A stretch of DNA of 64,000 nucleotides, from contig OZ252239.1 in assembly GCA_965249485.1 (NCBI GenBank), positions 1,088,001-1,152,000 on the forward strand. Reading direction: 5' to 3'. The notes under the pieces were generated by a model, which worked only from the letters and a program-made list of their open reading frames with translations, was not told the origin of the DNA and ran no database searches. This document shows positions 11,173 to 22,514 of this stretch, piece by piece (position 1 is the stretch's first letter; each line of letters begins with the position of its first letter). The translations under genes and the position numbers were made by a program. The DNA is from a bacterium. Lineage in GTDB: Bacteria; SM23-31.

Positions 11173-11721
11173 ATGATCAGTATCGTAATAGGATCAGCAA
11201 TCGGATGTGCCTTCCTCATCCGTATCGTTGTCGGTCTTTTCCGGCCTCCGACGAAACTCGGGAAAAAAGCGGCCACAGCGTTAATGTTAATAACGTGTGC
11301 CGGTTTAATAATAGCAATAATTGAATCGGAATCTATAAACGGCTATCTGGAAATGCGGTCTTGGCCTGCGGTCAACGGCACTATTCGGACTTCCGTCGTT
11401 GTAGGAGCGCGCGCCTTTCGTCCCGAGGTTACGTATGAATTCCATGTCGATGGTTCGGATTATTCAAGGACTACCGACCTGCAAATGCCTCCGTTCGGGG
11501 GCAGGATCAGTAAAATGGATGCTGCACAAAAGCTCTCTGGGATGTATCCTGACAATTCCCGGGTTGTCGTGTATTACGATCCTGTGAATCCGAAAAACTC
11601 GCGCATCAAGATAGGTGTCCCTGTGGAGAATTATCTGAAACTTTCATTCAGTTTCTTTTTGTTGTGCGGCGGATTAGTTTTTCTCATGTGCTCGTATCCC
11701 CGTAAAAAAGAGATAAATTGA
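11173..11721 (+). CDS. DUF3592-like membrane protein
   Basis: TM helices around WPAVNGTI...PEVTYEFHVDG...VVVYYDPVNP. Confidence 0.7.
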   Translation: MISIVIGSAIGCAFLIRIVVGLFRPPTKLGKKAATALMLITCAGLIIAIIESESINGYLEMRSWPAVNGTIRTSVVVGARAFRPEVTYEFHVDGSDYSRTTDLQMPPFGGRISKMDAAQKLSGMYPDNSRVVVYYDPVNPKNSRIKIGVPVENYLKLSFSFFLLCGGLVFLMCSYPRKKEIN

Positions 11722-11757
11722 GAAGTCCTCAACCTACATGCTATCCCGAAAATCTGC

Positions 11758-11786
11758 TTGCGATAGGCCCAATATTTTGCTACTTT
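11758..11786 (+). promoter_or_regulatory. Sigma70-type promoter for the purE cluster
   Basis: TTGCGA-N17-TACTTT with extended -10 TG. Confidence 0.5.
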
Positions 11787-11866
11787 ACGCATCGTTTTAA
11801 GCACAAATATCTTATCAGTAATTATAGTCATTCGGGATACCTGAAGCACAATCAAACGGAGATATA

Positions 11867-12325
11867 ATGGCAAAAGTTGCGATACTAATTGGAAGCGAAT
11901 CCGACCGCGAAGTAATGAATGATTCGATTAAATATCTCGATTATTTCGGAATAGAAAACGAAATGCATGTTCTTTCAGCTCACCGTAACGCCGATGCGGC
12001 GACAACGTTCGTCAAAGAAGCAGCCGGAAACGGTTTTGTCTGTATAATTGCCGGGGCCGGTATGGCTGCCCATTTACCAGGAGTTGCAGCCGCCCATACA
12101 CACCTTCCGGTGATAGGCGTTCCGCTCGATGCTTCGCCGCTCAATGGAGTCGATGCGCTTTATTCGATAGTGCAAATGCCTCCCGGTATTCCTGTGGGAA
12201 CGGTCGCAATCGGAAAACCAGGTGCTCGGAATGCTGCTGTCCTCGCAGCACGGATTATTGCACTAAACGATTCCGCTGTTCTGCAGAAACTGGAAGAATT
12301 TAAGCAAAAGGGTTTTAAATTATAA
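11867..12325 (+). CDS. purE: N5-carboxyaminoimidazole ribonucleotide mutase
   Basis: GSESD, SAHR, AGAGMAAHLPG, SIVQMPPGIPVGTV. Confidence 0.97.
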   Translation: MAKVAILIGSESDREVMNDSIKYLDYFGIENEMHVLSAHRNADAATTFVKEAAGNGFVCIIAGAGMAAHLPGVAAAHTHLPVIGVPLDASPLNGVDALYSIVQMPPGIPVGTVAIGKPGARNAAVLAARIIALNDSAVLQKLEEFKQKGFKL

Positions 12326-12380
12326 AAGACGAATCCGGATTTAGTTGTGCATTCGGTATGGAAGTAATGAGATAATCATT

Positions 12381-13316
12381 ATGGCACAACGTTCCATAGC
12401 GGTAATCGGTACGATATGCTGTGATGAGATTCGCCGGCCGGGTCGAAATCCGGTAACCGGATACGGCGGCATTTACTATTCGCTCATTACACTTGCACAG
12501 CTTTTTGACAGAAGTGATTCGATTTATCCGATCTGTTCGGTTGGTGAAGAAGATTATTCTGCTCTTATTCATGAAATCAAGCATTATACGGCAATAAAAC
12601 ACGACCGGATTTCACACTATCCCGGCCCGAATAATCGGGTTGTTTTAGACTATTATTCTCAGGAGGAACGTCGGGAATTTTCAACATATCTGCCCAAGCA
12701 GTTTACCTGTAGCGATATTGTTCCACTGCCAGATGTAGGACTTGTACTCCTGAACTTTGTTTCGGGTAAGGAAATGAGTTATAAAACGGTGTGTGCCCTG
12801 AGACGGCGGATGAAGGTCCCGCTTTTTATCGACCTGCATAGCATTTTTCTCGGATTCGGAAAGAACGGTGAGCGGTTCTACCGTACAGGAGAAAAGTGGA
12901 CTCATTGGCACCGAAGCGGAGATATTTTACAGATGAACAGCACTGAAGCGCAGATCCTTGCCGGGGAAGAATTCAATGAGCCGTCCCGTGTCGAAACGTT
13001 TGGAAAGTATCTTGTCGATCAGGGTGCTTCTGTTGTTCTGATTACTGAGGGGCACAAAGGATCAGTAGTTGTTTGGAAAAAAGAATCAAAGACGTTTGTC
13101 AAACGAATCCCGGCTTATAAATCGGAAAAATCCATCGATCCGACAGGCTGCGGGGATATATACTCATCTGCATTTGCCTACCGGTATGGAGACGGTGCCG
13201 ATCCCGCAGAAGCGGCCAATTTTGCAAGCATGGTATCCGGTATACGCGCAAGCATGAACTCCAGCAGTGAACTTTCTTCTATGCGGAGTACATTGCAGCA
13301 CAAAGGTCTGTTATGA
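12381..13316 (+). CDS. PfkB/ribokinase-family carbohydrate kinase
   Basis: C-terminal DPTGCGD signature and ITEGHKGS; start moved to ATG 12381. Confidence 0.85.
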   Translation: MAQRSIAVIGTICCDEIRRPGRNPVTGYGGIYYSLITLAQLFDRSDSIYPICSVGEEDYSALIHEIKHYTAIKHDRISHYPGPNNRVVLDYYSQEERREFSTYLPKQFTCSDIVPLPDVGLVLLNFVSGKEMSYKTVCALRRRMKVPLFIDLHSIFLGFGKNGERFYRTGEKWTHWHRSGDILQMNSTEAQILAGEEFNEPSRVETFGKYLVDQGASVVLITEGHKGSVVVWKKESKTFVKRIPAYKSEKSIDPTGCGDIYSSAFAYRYGDGADPAEAANFASMVSGIRASMNSSSELSSMRSTLQHKGLL

Positions 13317-13499
13317 TAGAATGTATGTAATAACTGTAGCACTATTCCAACATAGTACTTGCGATGTATATAGTAGTAAATGTCAGTGATTAAATAGTCA
13401 TTTCGACCGTAGTCTTTTTGAAGGACCGGGATGATTGGGTCAGTTCACAATTATAAGCACACTTAAATACAAATTTTCTTTGGAAGATGAGGCCGTACA

Positions 13500-14861
13500 A
13501 TGAACCGGAACGCACTATGGAGGTATTGTTCACTCTGTTTATTAATGCTATTCATCGGCTTTTCGGGATGTTCAAGCGTATCCCGTCTTAATTCACCTGA
13601 AGAAACTCCTCCTTCCGGCGAATCAGGACAAGTTCCGCAGCAGACGGTACGCCAGCAGGAACCTGAGGAACAGAAACCGCCTGAGTCGCTGACAAAAAAA
13701 ATACTATACGCACCGGTAAGAATTCCCATCTGGCTTATAAAAACTGCATTTGCTATACCGAAATTTATCATAACCCTGCCGTTTCGCCCGTTTATGTCGA
13801 AACCTGATCCGGTACCAATAGAGCCTGTGGCTTCCATACCTTCTGTTGGTGCAGCCGGTCAGACTATACCCGCTCAACAACAGCTGGCTGCTAATCCTTC
13901 AGGAGGTGTCGGGATCGTTCCCACAGCGCCAACTGCACTGTCGGCCGAACTCCAGCAGATTTCGACTGAACTCAGAATGATTTCTCAGGAGCTAAAACAG
14001 ATTACAGAGATACTAAGATATATGAGTGGAGCGGCACCAGGAACAATTCCCCGGCCACCCTCGCCACCTCAGATACCCGAAACGATTCGTCCGGTTTTTC
14101 CGTCTGACACAACTGTGCGGCCGTCTTCTCAATCAGGAGTACAGAATGTAGCCGCCGCACGCCAAGCTGTGAATACCGCTCAATCAGCACTGACAGAAGC
14201 AAACACTGCTGTTGAGGAAGTTTCCGGTGGTATGACGATTGTGCCGGAACCGGAAGAAGAACCGGAACCTGCAATGCCGACCGCCTCGTATCAATTAACG
14301 ATAACATCAGTCGAGAGGCCTGATCTGGCAGATATAATGGGAGGAATGCCGGATATATCGAGCGATGATTCGGGTAATCTAATCTATGCGGACAGTTTTG
14401 TAACATTTGTATGGTCTATCGAACCGCGAGATATTAGTGTCACTTTTACTAATAATTCAACCGATACACTGACTATTCTCTGGAAAGATGCAGGTTTTAT
14501 CGACGAAAACAATGAGCGGCATCCCGTGATTCATGAGAAAATTACCTATAAGAATACGGAAACAGAACAGGAACCTACAATGTTGCTGCCGAATGGTAGA
14601 ATGTCTGATGTTCTCTATCCTGCTGATTATCTCATCTTTAACAAATCGACTGGATGGCTCCAGTACCCGATTATGCCGTATACAGCATTCGATCTCAGAA
14701 CGAAAACCCGTACCACCGATGAAAAGTTCAGTGCATTAGCTGACGAATATGTTGGAACGTCGTTTCAGATTGCTGTTCCAATACAGTTTCGCGAAGAACT
14801 CTTTGAATATCTGTTCACATTTGAAGTTGAGGACTCATTTGTTTCAATAGAGCAGCAATGA
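13500..14861 (+). CDS. Hypothetical Pro-rich lipoprotein
   Basis: Lipobox FSGC; low-complexity P/Q/E linkers; C-terminal beta-rich domain. Confidence 0.7.
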   Translation: MNRNALWRYCSLCLLMLFIGFSGCSSVSRLNSPEETPPSGESGQVPQQTVRQQEPEEQKPPESLTKKILYAPVRIPIWLIKTAFAIPKFIITLPFRPFMSKPDPVPIEPVASIPSVGAAGQTIPAQQQLAANPSGGVGIVPTAPTALSAELQQISTELRMISQELKQITEILRYMSGAAPGTIPRPPSPPQIPETIRPVFPSDTTVRPSSQSGVQNVAAARQAVNTAQSALTEANTAVEEVSGGMTIVPEPEEEPEPAMPTASYQLTITSVERPDLADIMGGMPDISSDDSGNLIYADSFVTFVWSIEPRDISVTFTNNSTDTLTILWKDAGFIDENNERHPVIHEKITYKNTETEQEPTMLLPNGRMSDVLYPADYLIFNKSTGWLQYPIMPYTAFDLRTKTRTTDEKFSALADEYVGTSFQIAVPIQFREELFEYLFTFEVEDSFVSIEQQ

Positions 14862-14884
14862 TTGGCTGAAATTGTACAGTGTTT

Positions 14885-15802
14885 ATGAAAAAAATCCGCA
14901 TTATACTAACTGGTTGTCATGGTTTGCTTGGACAACGACTTGTTCAAGAAATGAGAGATGATGTGCTTGTGCTTGGTGTCGATCTTCATGAAACTCCTCA
15001 TATTCATGGGGAACATTTTCAATATGCACAGCTCGATATTACATCACGGGCGGATGTTAAACATATCTTCAGCGAATTTGCTCCGAATGTAGTCATAAAT
15101 ACTGCGGCTTTTACCGATGTCGATACATGCGAAACAGAAAAAGAGACGTGTTGGCGTGTCAATGTTGATGGTGTCAAACATATTGCGTATGCAGCTCATA
15201 AGTTGAAAGCAAAGGTTATACAATTTTCAACCGATTATATCTTTAATAGCAGGAAGGAAGTCTATACAGAGGACGATACACCGGAGCCGTTAAACTATTA
15301 TGGAAAGTCAAAGCTCGCAAGTGAAAACATCATCAAGGCCGGAGGCGAAAATTGGGCTATTGTACGGACATCAACACTTTTTGATGTCGATACACTCCTC
15401 GATAAACAGAATTTCGTGACATGGGTAATAAAAAATCTTCAGCAGGGGAACACAATTAAGGTTGTTTCCGATCAGTGGAGTAATCCTACATTGGCTAGGA
15501 ACCTTGCACAGTTAGTTTGGAATATTGTATACAATAACTTTACGAGTGTCTATCATGCGGTTGGTAGAGATAACACGAACAGATTTGCATTTGCTAAACG
15601 TATTGCTTCCATATTCGATCTCAACGAATGGTTAATTGAAGAAATAACCACCGAAGAACTTGGACAAAAAGCGCAGAGACCGCAAAAAATAGGACTCGAT
15701 ATTTCGAAAATTGAGAGTGAATGTAACATTAAGATGTTAGGAATTGAAGATAGTCTGGTGATTTTCAAGCACGATTATCTTGAAATGCACCGAATCAATT
15801 AA
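14885..15802 (+). CDS. rfbD: dTDP-4-dehydrorhamnose reductase
   Basis: TGCHGLLG, NTAAFTDVD, STDYIF, PLNYYGKSKLASE, DQWSNPT. Confidence 0.88.
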   Translation: MKKIRIILTGCHGLLGQRLVQEMRDDVLVLGVDLHETPHIHGEHFQYAQLDITSRADVKHIFSEFAPNVVINTAAFTDVDTCETEKETCWRVNVDGVKHIAYAAHKLKAKVIQFSTDYIFNSRKEVYTEDDTPEPLNYYGKSKLASENIIKAGGENWAIVRTSTLFDVDTLLDKQNFVTWVIKNLQQGNTIKVVSDQWSNPTLARNLAQLVWNIVYNNFTSVYHAVGRDNTNRFAFAKRIASIFDLNEWLIEEITTEELGQKAQRPQKIGLDISKIESECNIKMLGIEDSLVIFKHDYLEMHRIN

Positions 15803-15862
15803 GCGAAGCAAAATTTCTGTAAATGGAATATTAGAATTTCCATCGATCTAAGTGTGAGGAAT

Positions 15863-16579
15863 ATGAAAGCGCTTGTTATAATTCCAACGTACAACGAAAA
15901 AGAAAATATTGCGAAAATTGTTGATGTTGTACTCAAGACCACCGAAACAGTACAAGTCCTTGTTGTGGATGACAATTCACCCGACGGAACGGCTGAGATT
16001 GTCCGGACGATTCAAAAAAGCGAACCGAGAGTTCATCTTCTCTTCAGGGAAAATAAGCAGGGATTGGGAAGAGCGTATATCGCAGGATTCCGCTATGCTA
16101 TCGAAAACAAATACGACTACATTTTCGAAATGGATGCAGATTTTTCTCACGATCCGAATGAAATACCTAATTTCCTGCAAAAGATTCAGGGTTATGATCT
16201 TGTCCTCGGTTCCCGCTATCTGCATGGAGTAACTGTGATAAACTGGCCGCTCAGAAGGTTATTTCTGAGTTATTCGGCTAATGTCTATACACGGATTATA
16301 ACCGGAATGCAGGTGAAAGATGCAACCGGCGGTTTCAAATGTTTCCGAAGAGAAGTACTTGAAGCAATCGATCTTGATAATGTGAAATCGGGTGGATATG
16401 CATTTCAGATCGAGATGTCGTTCAAAGCATGGAAAAAAGGATTCAAAATCGTTGAGCATCCTATTATTTTTACCGACCGTATTGTAGGAACGTCAAAAAT
16501 GTCGAAGAAAATCATATACGAAGCGATCTGGATGGTATGGAAACTCCGTATTATGAGTATACTCGGTATGTTGAAATAG
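15863..16579 (+). CDS. Polyprenol-phosphate mannose synthase-like GT2 (DPM1/Ppm1 family)
   Basis: IIPTYNEKENI, VDDNSPDGT, MDADFSHDP, DATGGFKCFRR, GYAFQIEM. Confidence 0.9.
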   Translation: MKALVIIPTYNEKENIAKIVDVVLKTTETVQVLVVDDNSPDGTAEIVRTIQKSEPRVHLLFRENKQGLGRAYIAGFRYAIENKYDYIFEMDADFSHDPNEIPNFLQKIQGYDLVLGSRYLHGVTVINWPLRRLFLSYSANVYTRIITGMQVKDATGGFKCFRREVLEAIDLDNVKSGGYAFQIEMSFKAWKKGFKIVEHPIIFTDRIVGTSKMSKKIIYEAIWMVWKLRIMSILGMLK

Positions 16580-16643
16580 CAGGTGTCATGCAGTCCGGTC
16601 TGAATTACGAAATAAAATCTGTCTATTCTTCCTGTTATAACTT

Positions 16644-17528
16644 ATGTCCCGCCTCACCGTTATTATTGTAAATTACAATGTCCGCTCTTATCTGGAGCAG
16701 TCACTCCTTTCTGTACTAAGCGCCCTGCAGCACATCTCTTCGGAGATCATCGTAGTCGATAACGCTTCGACAGACGGCAGTATGGAAATGGTGCGGTCTC
16801 AATTTCCCGGTGTAAACTTCATTGTCAATGACTACAATGTTGGATTTGCCTGCGCAAACAACATGGCGCTTCAGCAGGTACAAGGCGAGTTTATTGTCCT
16901 CTTGAATCCGGATACTCTTGTAAGACGAGATACCTTTACAGTGCTACTGGAATCGTTTAGTAAATTTCCCGAGTCCGGAATGATCGGCGGAAAAATCTTG
17001 AATGAGGACGGTTCGCTCCAGCTGAGCTGTCGAAGAAGTTTTCCAACTCCCTGGGTTTCATTTACTCGTCTTACCGGATTGAGCAGGCTCTTCCCAAAAA
17101 GCAGAATGTTTGCACAGTATAACCTGACATTTTTTGACCAGAATGAATGGAGCGAAGTTGATGCAGTGTCAGGTTCTTTTATGGCAATCCGAAAGAAAGT
17201 TCTCAAGGATGTCGGCTATCTCGATGAGCGCTTTTTTATGTATGGAGAAGATCTTGACTGGTGTTACCGCATCAAACAGGCAGGATGGAAAATTATTTAC
17301 GAACCTCGTGCTGTCATTACCCACTTTAAGGGGAGGAGTTCTCGTGAATATGATTGGGACCATACGAAACATTTTTACACAGCAATGCGTTTATTTGCAG
17401 AAAAACATTTCCGGTCGAATAAAACGTGGATTCCTTTCTGGCTAATTGATGCGGGAATAATCATATTTAAAATTGCTGCGTATCTTCATATTCAGGTTAT
17501 GAAGCTGTGGAGCCGCGGTGAAAAATAG
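16644..17528 (+). CDS. GT2 glycosyltransferase (rhamnosyltransferase-like)
   Basis: IIVNYN, VDNASTDGS, LLNPDT, FFMYGEDLDWC. Confidence 0.9.
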   Translation: MSRLTVIIVNYNVRSYLEQSLLSVLSALQHISSEIIVVDNASTDGSMEMVRSQFPGVNFIVNDYNVGFACANNMALQQVQGEFIVLLNPDTLVRRDTFTVLLESFSKFPESGMIGGKILNEDGSLQLSCRRSFPTPWVSFTRLTGLSRLFPKSRMFAQYNLTFFDQNEWSEVDAVSGSFMAIRKKVLKDVGYLDERFFMYGEDLDWCYRIKQAGWKIIYEPRAVITHFKGRSSREYDWDHTKHFYTAMRLFAEKHFRSNKTWIPFWLIDAGIIIFKIAAYLHIQVMKLWSRGEK

Positions 17529-17704
17529 AAGGAAAAATTGAGAAAAATACGCTATAAGTAATTGTGAAAATTATACTTTGCATTAAAAAATAATAGTTGT
17601 ATATTGGGTGCTCTGTTACTGAAAACTGTATTCGAGAATTCAGATTGACAGAAACGATATATAGCGAGGATTGAACATAACCCGGTTTTTCGGGGAGATT
17701 TAAT

Positions 17705-18658
17705 ATGCTTCATATACTTGAGTTTGAAAAACCAATTGTTGAGCTTGAAAAGAAAATTGATGAAATGCGCGAATATGCTGACTCCGGCAATATCGATATG
17801 TCGGCTGAGATCAGTAAGCTCGAAAAACGGTGTGAAAAACTCAAACAAGATGTTTATTCTAATCTGAGCAGATGGCAGCGTGTCCAGCTCGCTCGCCATC
17901 CAGAACGTCCCTATACACTCGATTATGCAAAGCGGATATGCTCCAGGTTTATCGAAGTCCATGGGGACAGATTCTACGCTGATGATAAAGCGATTGTCGG
18001 CGGTTTTGCAACTATTGAGGGAAGAGACGTCGTATTAATCGGCCACCAGAAGGGAAGAGGGACAAAAAATAATCTTTACCGAAATTTCGGAATGCCTAAC
18101 CCAGAAGGCTACAGGAAAGCGCTCAGGTTAATGAAACTTGCCGCAAAGTTTAATAAACCGATTGTAACTCTTATCGACACACCGGGCGCGTTTCCCGGTA
18201 AAGGTTCCGAAGAACGAGGTGTGGCGGAAGCAATTGCCCGTAATCTCTTTGAAATGTCACTGCTTCCGGTACCGATAGTTTGTGTCGTAACCGGTGAGGG
18301 AGGCAGCGGGGGAGCGCTTGCGATTGCAGTTGGTGACAGAGTATTAATGCTGGAAAACTCGATTTATTCGGTCATCTCTCCCGAAGGATGTGCTTCAATT
18401 TTACTCCGCGATGCAACAAAAGCAGATCAGATGGCAGATTCACTCAAAGTAACAGCAGAAGATTTGATGGAATTAAAAATAGTTGATGGTGTCATCAAGG
18501 AGCCCGTCGGTGGCGCCCATAGAGATTACGACGAAACGGCCTCCACACTCAAAAAAACCATTCTCACCACATTGGACATGTTGGATCAACTTTCTCCGGA
18601 AGAACTCATCGACCAGCGGTCTGAAAAATTCGGTACAATGGGTGTGTGGACAGAATAG
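17705..18658 (+). CDS. accA: Acetyl-CoA carboxylase carboxyltransferase alpha subunit
   Basis: [51 protein letters not shown]. Confidence 0.98.
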   Translation: MLHILEFEKPIVELEKKIDEMREYADSGNIDMSAEISKLEKRCEKLKQDVYSNLSRWQRVQLARHPERPYTLDYAKRICSRFIEVHGDRFYADDKAIVGGFATIEGRDVVLIGHQKGRGTKNNLYRNFGMPNPEGYRKALRLMKLAAKFNKPIVTLIDTPGAFPGKGSEERGVAEAIARNLFEMSLLPVPIVCVVTGEGGSGGALAIAVGDRVLMLENSIYSVISPEGCASILLRDATKADQMADSLKVTAEDLMELKIVDGVIKEPVGGAHRDYDETASTLKKTILTTLDMLDQLSPEELIDQRSEKFGTMGVWTE

Positions 18659-18897
18659 ACCATTTGATGCATCAGAAATGTAATTTGTTCCGACCAGCCC
18701 ACAATTAATCTCAAAAAATTTCAGTGATTTTCACTTCTTTCTTTCTCGTACTTTTCCTATATTGCTTCGTTACTTTACAATGAATTCGAATCATATTCGA
18801 AGGACCATGCTACTCAATTAATCCTGTTACGTAAATTGCAGATCTGGTCACTCCACAACGTTAAGCTCCTAACAGAATACAAAATATCTTATGTGCA

Positions 18898-20120
18898 ATG
18901 AAAAATAAAATTGTATATACTGCAATTATCGTATCTGTTCTTTTGAGGATGGGATTTGTACTCTTTCGCCCGCTGTGGCAGGCACCGGATGAGTATCCTC
19001 ACTTTTATTACATTCAGCACTGGGAAAAAAACAATAGCAGGCCTCAATATCAGGTAGAATATCCATATTATCAATCACATCAGCCACCTCTCTATTATAT
19101 TTGTTCTGCATATATACTCAAAACCGCCTCATTACTTTTTGATAATGATGAGGAAGATTCTTCCGATGCAAATTCATCTCAAAGATGGTCCAGAGAAATG
19201 ATTGTGCTGCGATTTTTTCATTTATTCTTGGTCTCTGCTCACTCGCACTTTCTTGGAAAATAATGGAAGAAATTTTTCCGGACAAGCTTGATATCTGCAA
19301 GGCCGCATTTGTTTTATTACTTTTTCACCCCACATTTTTATCGAATACAACCAGCATCACCAACGATGCCTTAGCTGTCTTGACAGGTACTGTGTTACTC
19401 TATGGTATTCTCAAAAATATCCATGTATGCAGACCTGAAGTAACGGGACTGCTCATATTAATTGGTGTTTTTACAAAGTCTAGTCTACTACTTTTTCTCC
19501 CGTTTATTGCTCTTTTAGTACTTCATTCGGATAAAAAACCAATTACAAAAATAAAAATATGCTTCCGGATATGTATTCCTTTCCTTCTTGCGTATGGTAT
19601 GGTCAAACTCGTACATCCATTTGCTGGTGAATCGAATTTGATGCCACCGCTCACTTTCACTACCGATTCTATTGCTCCGTTTAGAATTTATCAGGTATTC
19701 AGGAACTTCTTCTGGAGCTTTTGGGTTGCTTTCGGCAGAATATATGAAATTCACTTGTCACCGCATTATTATTTGATAGTTTTCATGCCATTTTCACTTG
19801 CAGTATGCGGCGGTATTATAAAAGGTCGTAAAAATCTATTTTGTAATAGTAAAAAAAGTAATACATTTCAGAATTTTCTGATATTACTTTTAATATTCTT
19901 TTGTTCCTCGATCTGTTTCAGTATGTTTTTCTCATTTACTGATTATTTAAACACTTCGTGGGGTAAAAATATATTTCCAATTCTATCTGCAGTTTATGTT
20001 ATCTTTATATTTGGATTGGATACACTACTGAAACAGAGAGCTAAGGAAATATTCTTAATGCTAGCAGGTATATGTTTTACAATTGATTACTGGGCGTTAT
20101 TCATTCTTACTAGGATGTAA
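18898..20120 (+). CDS. Multi-TM GT-C-fold glycosyltransferase (DUF2142/PMT-like); -1 frameshift at the T-run near 19213-19218
   Basis: APDEYPH, HQPPLYY and ITNDALA motifs, many TM helices; ORFs 18898-19263 and 19185-20120 join. Confidence 0.7.
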
Positions 20121-20157
20121 ACCTGCTGTCAGTGGAAAAACAATTTTCAAAACCATA

Positions 20158-22356
20158 ATGCTTAAAATTGTTATTATTGCTTCATTCTGCATACTATCTA
20201 CAGCAAATCTTGCTGCACAGCAATTCTCGTTTCAATCTATAACTTTTCTCGGAAATGTTCACGACATTGTTTCTGTAGAAAATACAATATGGGGTGTTAC
20301 GAGTGGTGGTGTGATTGCCTACTCGCAGGAAACTAATGCAATAACAATACTGAATAACACGAACGGACTCTCTTCAAATAATCCTTCATCAATTGTTCGG
20401 GACAACCAAAACCGTTTATGGTTAGGAATGGACGATGGTTCGTTGAATGTGATTCACCTTGAGAATGAAGCTGTTTCAAAGGTGGTCATCGATCCCGATC
20501 CTGTGCGTATCAACGATATTGAAGTGATTGACAACAATCTTTATCTCGCCATGGATATCGGTGTCAGTCAATTCCTCATTGATAAACAGGAAATTAAATC
20601 AACATATCGGAATCTCGGAAGTTTTATAAGCAACACACCGGTTCTAAAACTTTATGTCGCGGACGGAAAAATTTGGGCGGCGACCGAAAGGGGGATTGCA
20701 ACGGCAGATATCGCATCACCGAACCTTCAGGACCCTCAGTTTTGGGAAAATTTTACTATCACCGACGGACTCCCGTCAAATACAGTTACCGGTTTTATTG
20801 CAGGAACCGGATTCGTTCTGGCGGCGACCAACAATGGAGTTGTCCGAATTGTAAATGGTGCTGTTTTCGCTGATGGACTATCAGGCATATCTATCAACAG
20901 TTTTACAGAAGTAGAGGGTGTCATATATGCTGCGGCAATATCGGGATTATATGCGCGGGAAGGAGCAGGTAGCTGGACGGTAGTTACTCCTTCACTGGAT
21001 AACGTGAATGTATTGACCAGTGACGATAACGGGTTATTATGGGCCGGCCGAAATGGACAGGGATTAAGTGTACTTAATGAAACCGGACAGGAGTGGATTA
21101 CCATTGAACCTCCCGGACCCGGTGGCAATTCGTTTGAAGAGATGCAATTCGACAGTCAGGACAGGCTCTGGGTAGCTACCGGAATAACTTCAAACAACGG
21201 CGTCTATATGTTTGACGGATCAGACTGGAAACACTTTACGAGGGATGATGATCTTGTATCCAACAATACAACAGGCGTGGCGGTAGATTCACAGGACAGA
21301 GTCTGGATCGGAACACCTGGACAAGGACTTATGATTCTTGATATGCAGAACGAAGATCTTGCTGTAACGATTATCAATGAAACAGATGGGAAATTAAGTG
21401 GCGCAGTATCTGAGTCATTTGTTGTTGTTAATAATATTGTCCGTGGAACGGACGATGTAATATGGCTTGTCAATACATTTGCCGATAATGGGAAGGCAAT
21501 TGTCGCCGTAACATCGGATGACGTGTGGCACTATTTTTCGACAAACGATGGACTTTCAAGTACCGCAATCAGAGATATTATATTTGACCCAGCTAACAGG
21601 CTGTGGATTGCAACGGAAAACAACGGTGTCAGCGTGCTCGATTACCGGAATACTCTTGCGGATAAGTCTGATGATATATGGACACATTTTACAACATCAG
21701 ACGGTCTCAGCTCAGACCGGATAGTTTCACTGGCGGCTGATAAATTATTCGGCATGTGGATCGGAACCGAGAATGGTGTTGATTTCATTGTTGATGGTCT
21801 GCCCGTACAGAGAATTTTCGGAACAATTGACAATACGATATCTACAATTGCCGTAGATCCGGCGAATAATAAATGGATGGGAACACGAAAAGGAATCAGT
21901 ATCCTTGCGCCTGACAATTTCACCTTCTCGCATCTAACTACCGGCAACAGTGATCTCGTGGATGAGTCGATCATCCACATTCTCATAAATGAAAAAGACG
22001 GAAAAGTGTATGCAGGTACAGGAAGTGGCTTATCGGTAATTTCAACTCCATTCAAAACATCTCCACAATCGTTTGACGAAATAACTGTCTTTCCGAATCC
22101 CTTCATTCTCGACGGTTCAGCCACATCCCTCACAATTGAAAATCTCAAGCTCAATAGTACGGTTCTCATCGCTACAATTAGCGGGAATGTAATCCGGAAG
22201 TTAACGGAAAAAGGAGGAATTGTAACAGGTACGCAGGCAATTTGGGACGGAAGAGATGAGAATAATAATCTCGTCCCGACGGGAATATATATCATCGCTG
22301 CGGGAGTCAACGGTCAAGGTCATGGCACTCAAAAAGTAGCGGTTATTCGGCAATAA
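20158..22356 (+). CDS. porZ: PorZ-like protein: double beta-propeller with T9SS-type C-terminal Ig domain
   Basis: Repeated GLSSN/D..NRLWIAT propeller blades; C-terminal VFPNPF...WDGRD...PTGIYII...KVAVIRQ; close to porU and porV. Confidence 0.72.
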   Translation: MLKIVIIASFCILSTANLAAQQFSFQSITFLGNVHDIVSVENTIWGVTSGGVIAYSQETNAITILNNTNGLSSNNPSSIVRDNQNRLWLGMDDGSLNVIHLENEAVSKVVIDPDPVRINDIEVIDNNLYLAMDIGVSQFLIDKQEIKSTYRNLGSFISNTPVLKLYVADGKIWAATERGIATADIASPNLQDPQFWENFTITDGLPSNTVTGFIAGTGFVLAATNNGVVRIVNGAVFADGLSGISINSFTEVEGVIYAAAISGLYAREGAGSWTVVTPSLDNVNVLTSDDNGLLWAGRNGQGLSVLNETGQEWITIEPPGPGGNSFEEMQFDSQDRLWVATGITSNNGVYMFDGSDWKHFTRDDDLVSNNTTGVAVDSQDRVWIGTPGQGLMILDMQNEDLAVTIINETDGKLSGAVSESFVVVNNIVRGTDDVIWLVNTFADNGKAIVAVTSDDVWHYFSTNDGLSSTAIRDIIFDPANRLWIATENNGVSVLDYRNTLADKSDDIWTHFTTSDGLSSDRIVSLAADKLFGMWIGTENGVDFIVDGLPVQRIFGTIDNTISTIAVDPANNKWMGTRKGISILAPDNFTFSHLTTGNSDLVDESIIHILINEKDGKVYAGTGSGLSVISTPFKTSPQSFDEITVFPNPFILDGSATSLTIENLKLNSTVLIATISGNVIRKLTEKGGIVTGTQAIWDGRDENNNLVPTGIYIIAAGVNGQGHGTQKVAVIRQ

Positions 22357-22514
22357 GATGAGAGTTCTATTGAGGCCGCCTTTGGGATTTTAATCTTCAT
22401 GACATATACGGATAGAATGCCAATCTTCACATTTTTTTTAAAACTTGCATGTGAAAGATGAGTTTCACGGAATAAAGTCCGATAATAGAGATAGTAACAA
22501 ATCGAATACATTGA

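Noticed and set aside
22458..22485. Sigma28 promoter before the TolB-like gene
   Set aside because: The -10 TCCGATAA is close to consensus, but the -35 match and spacing are poor.
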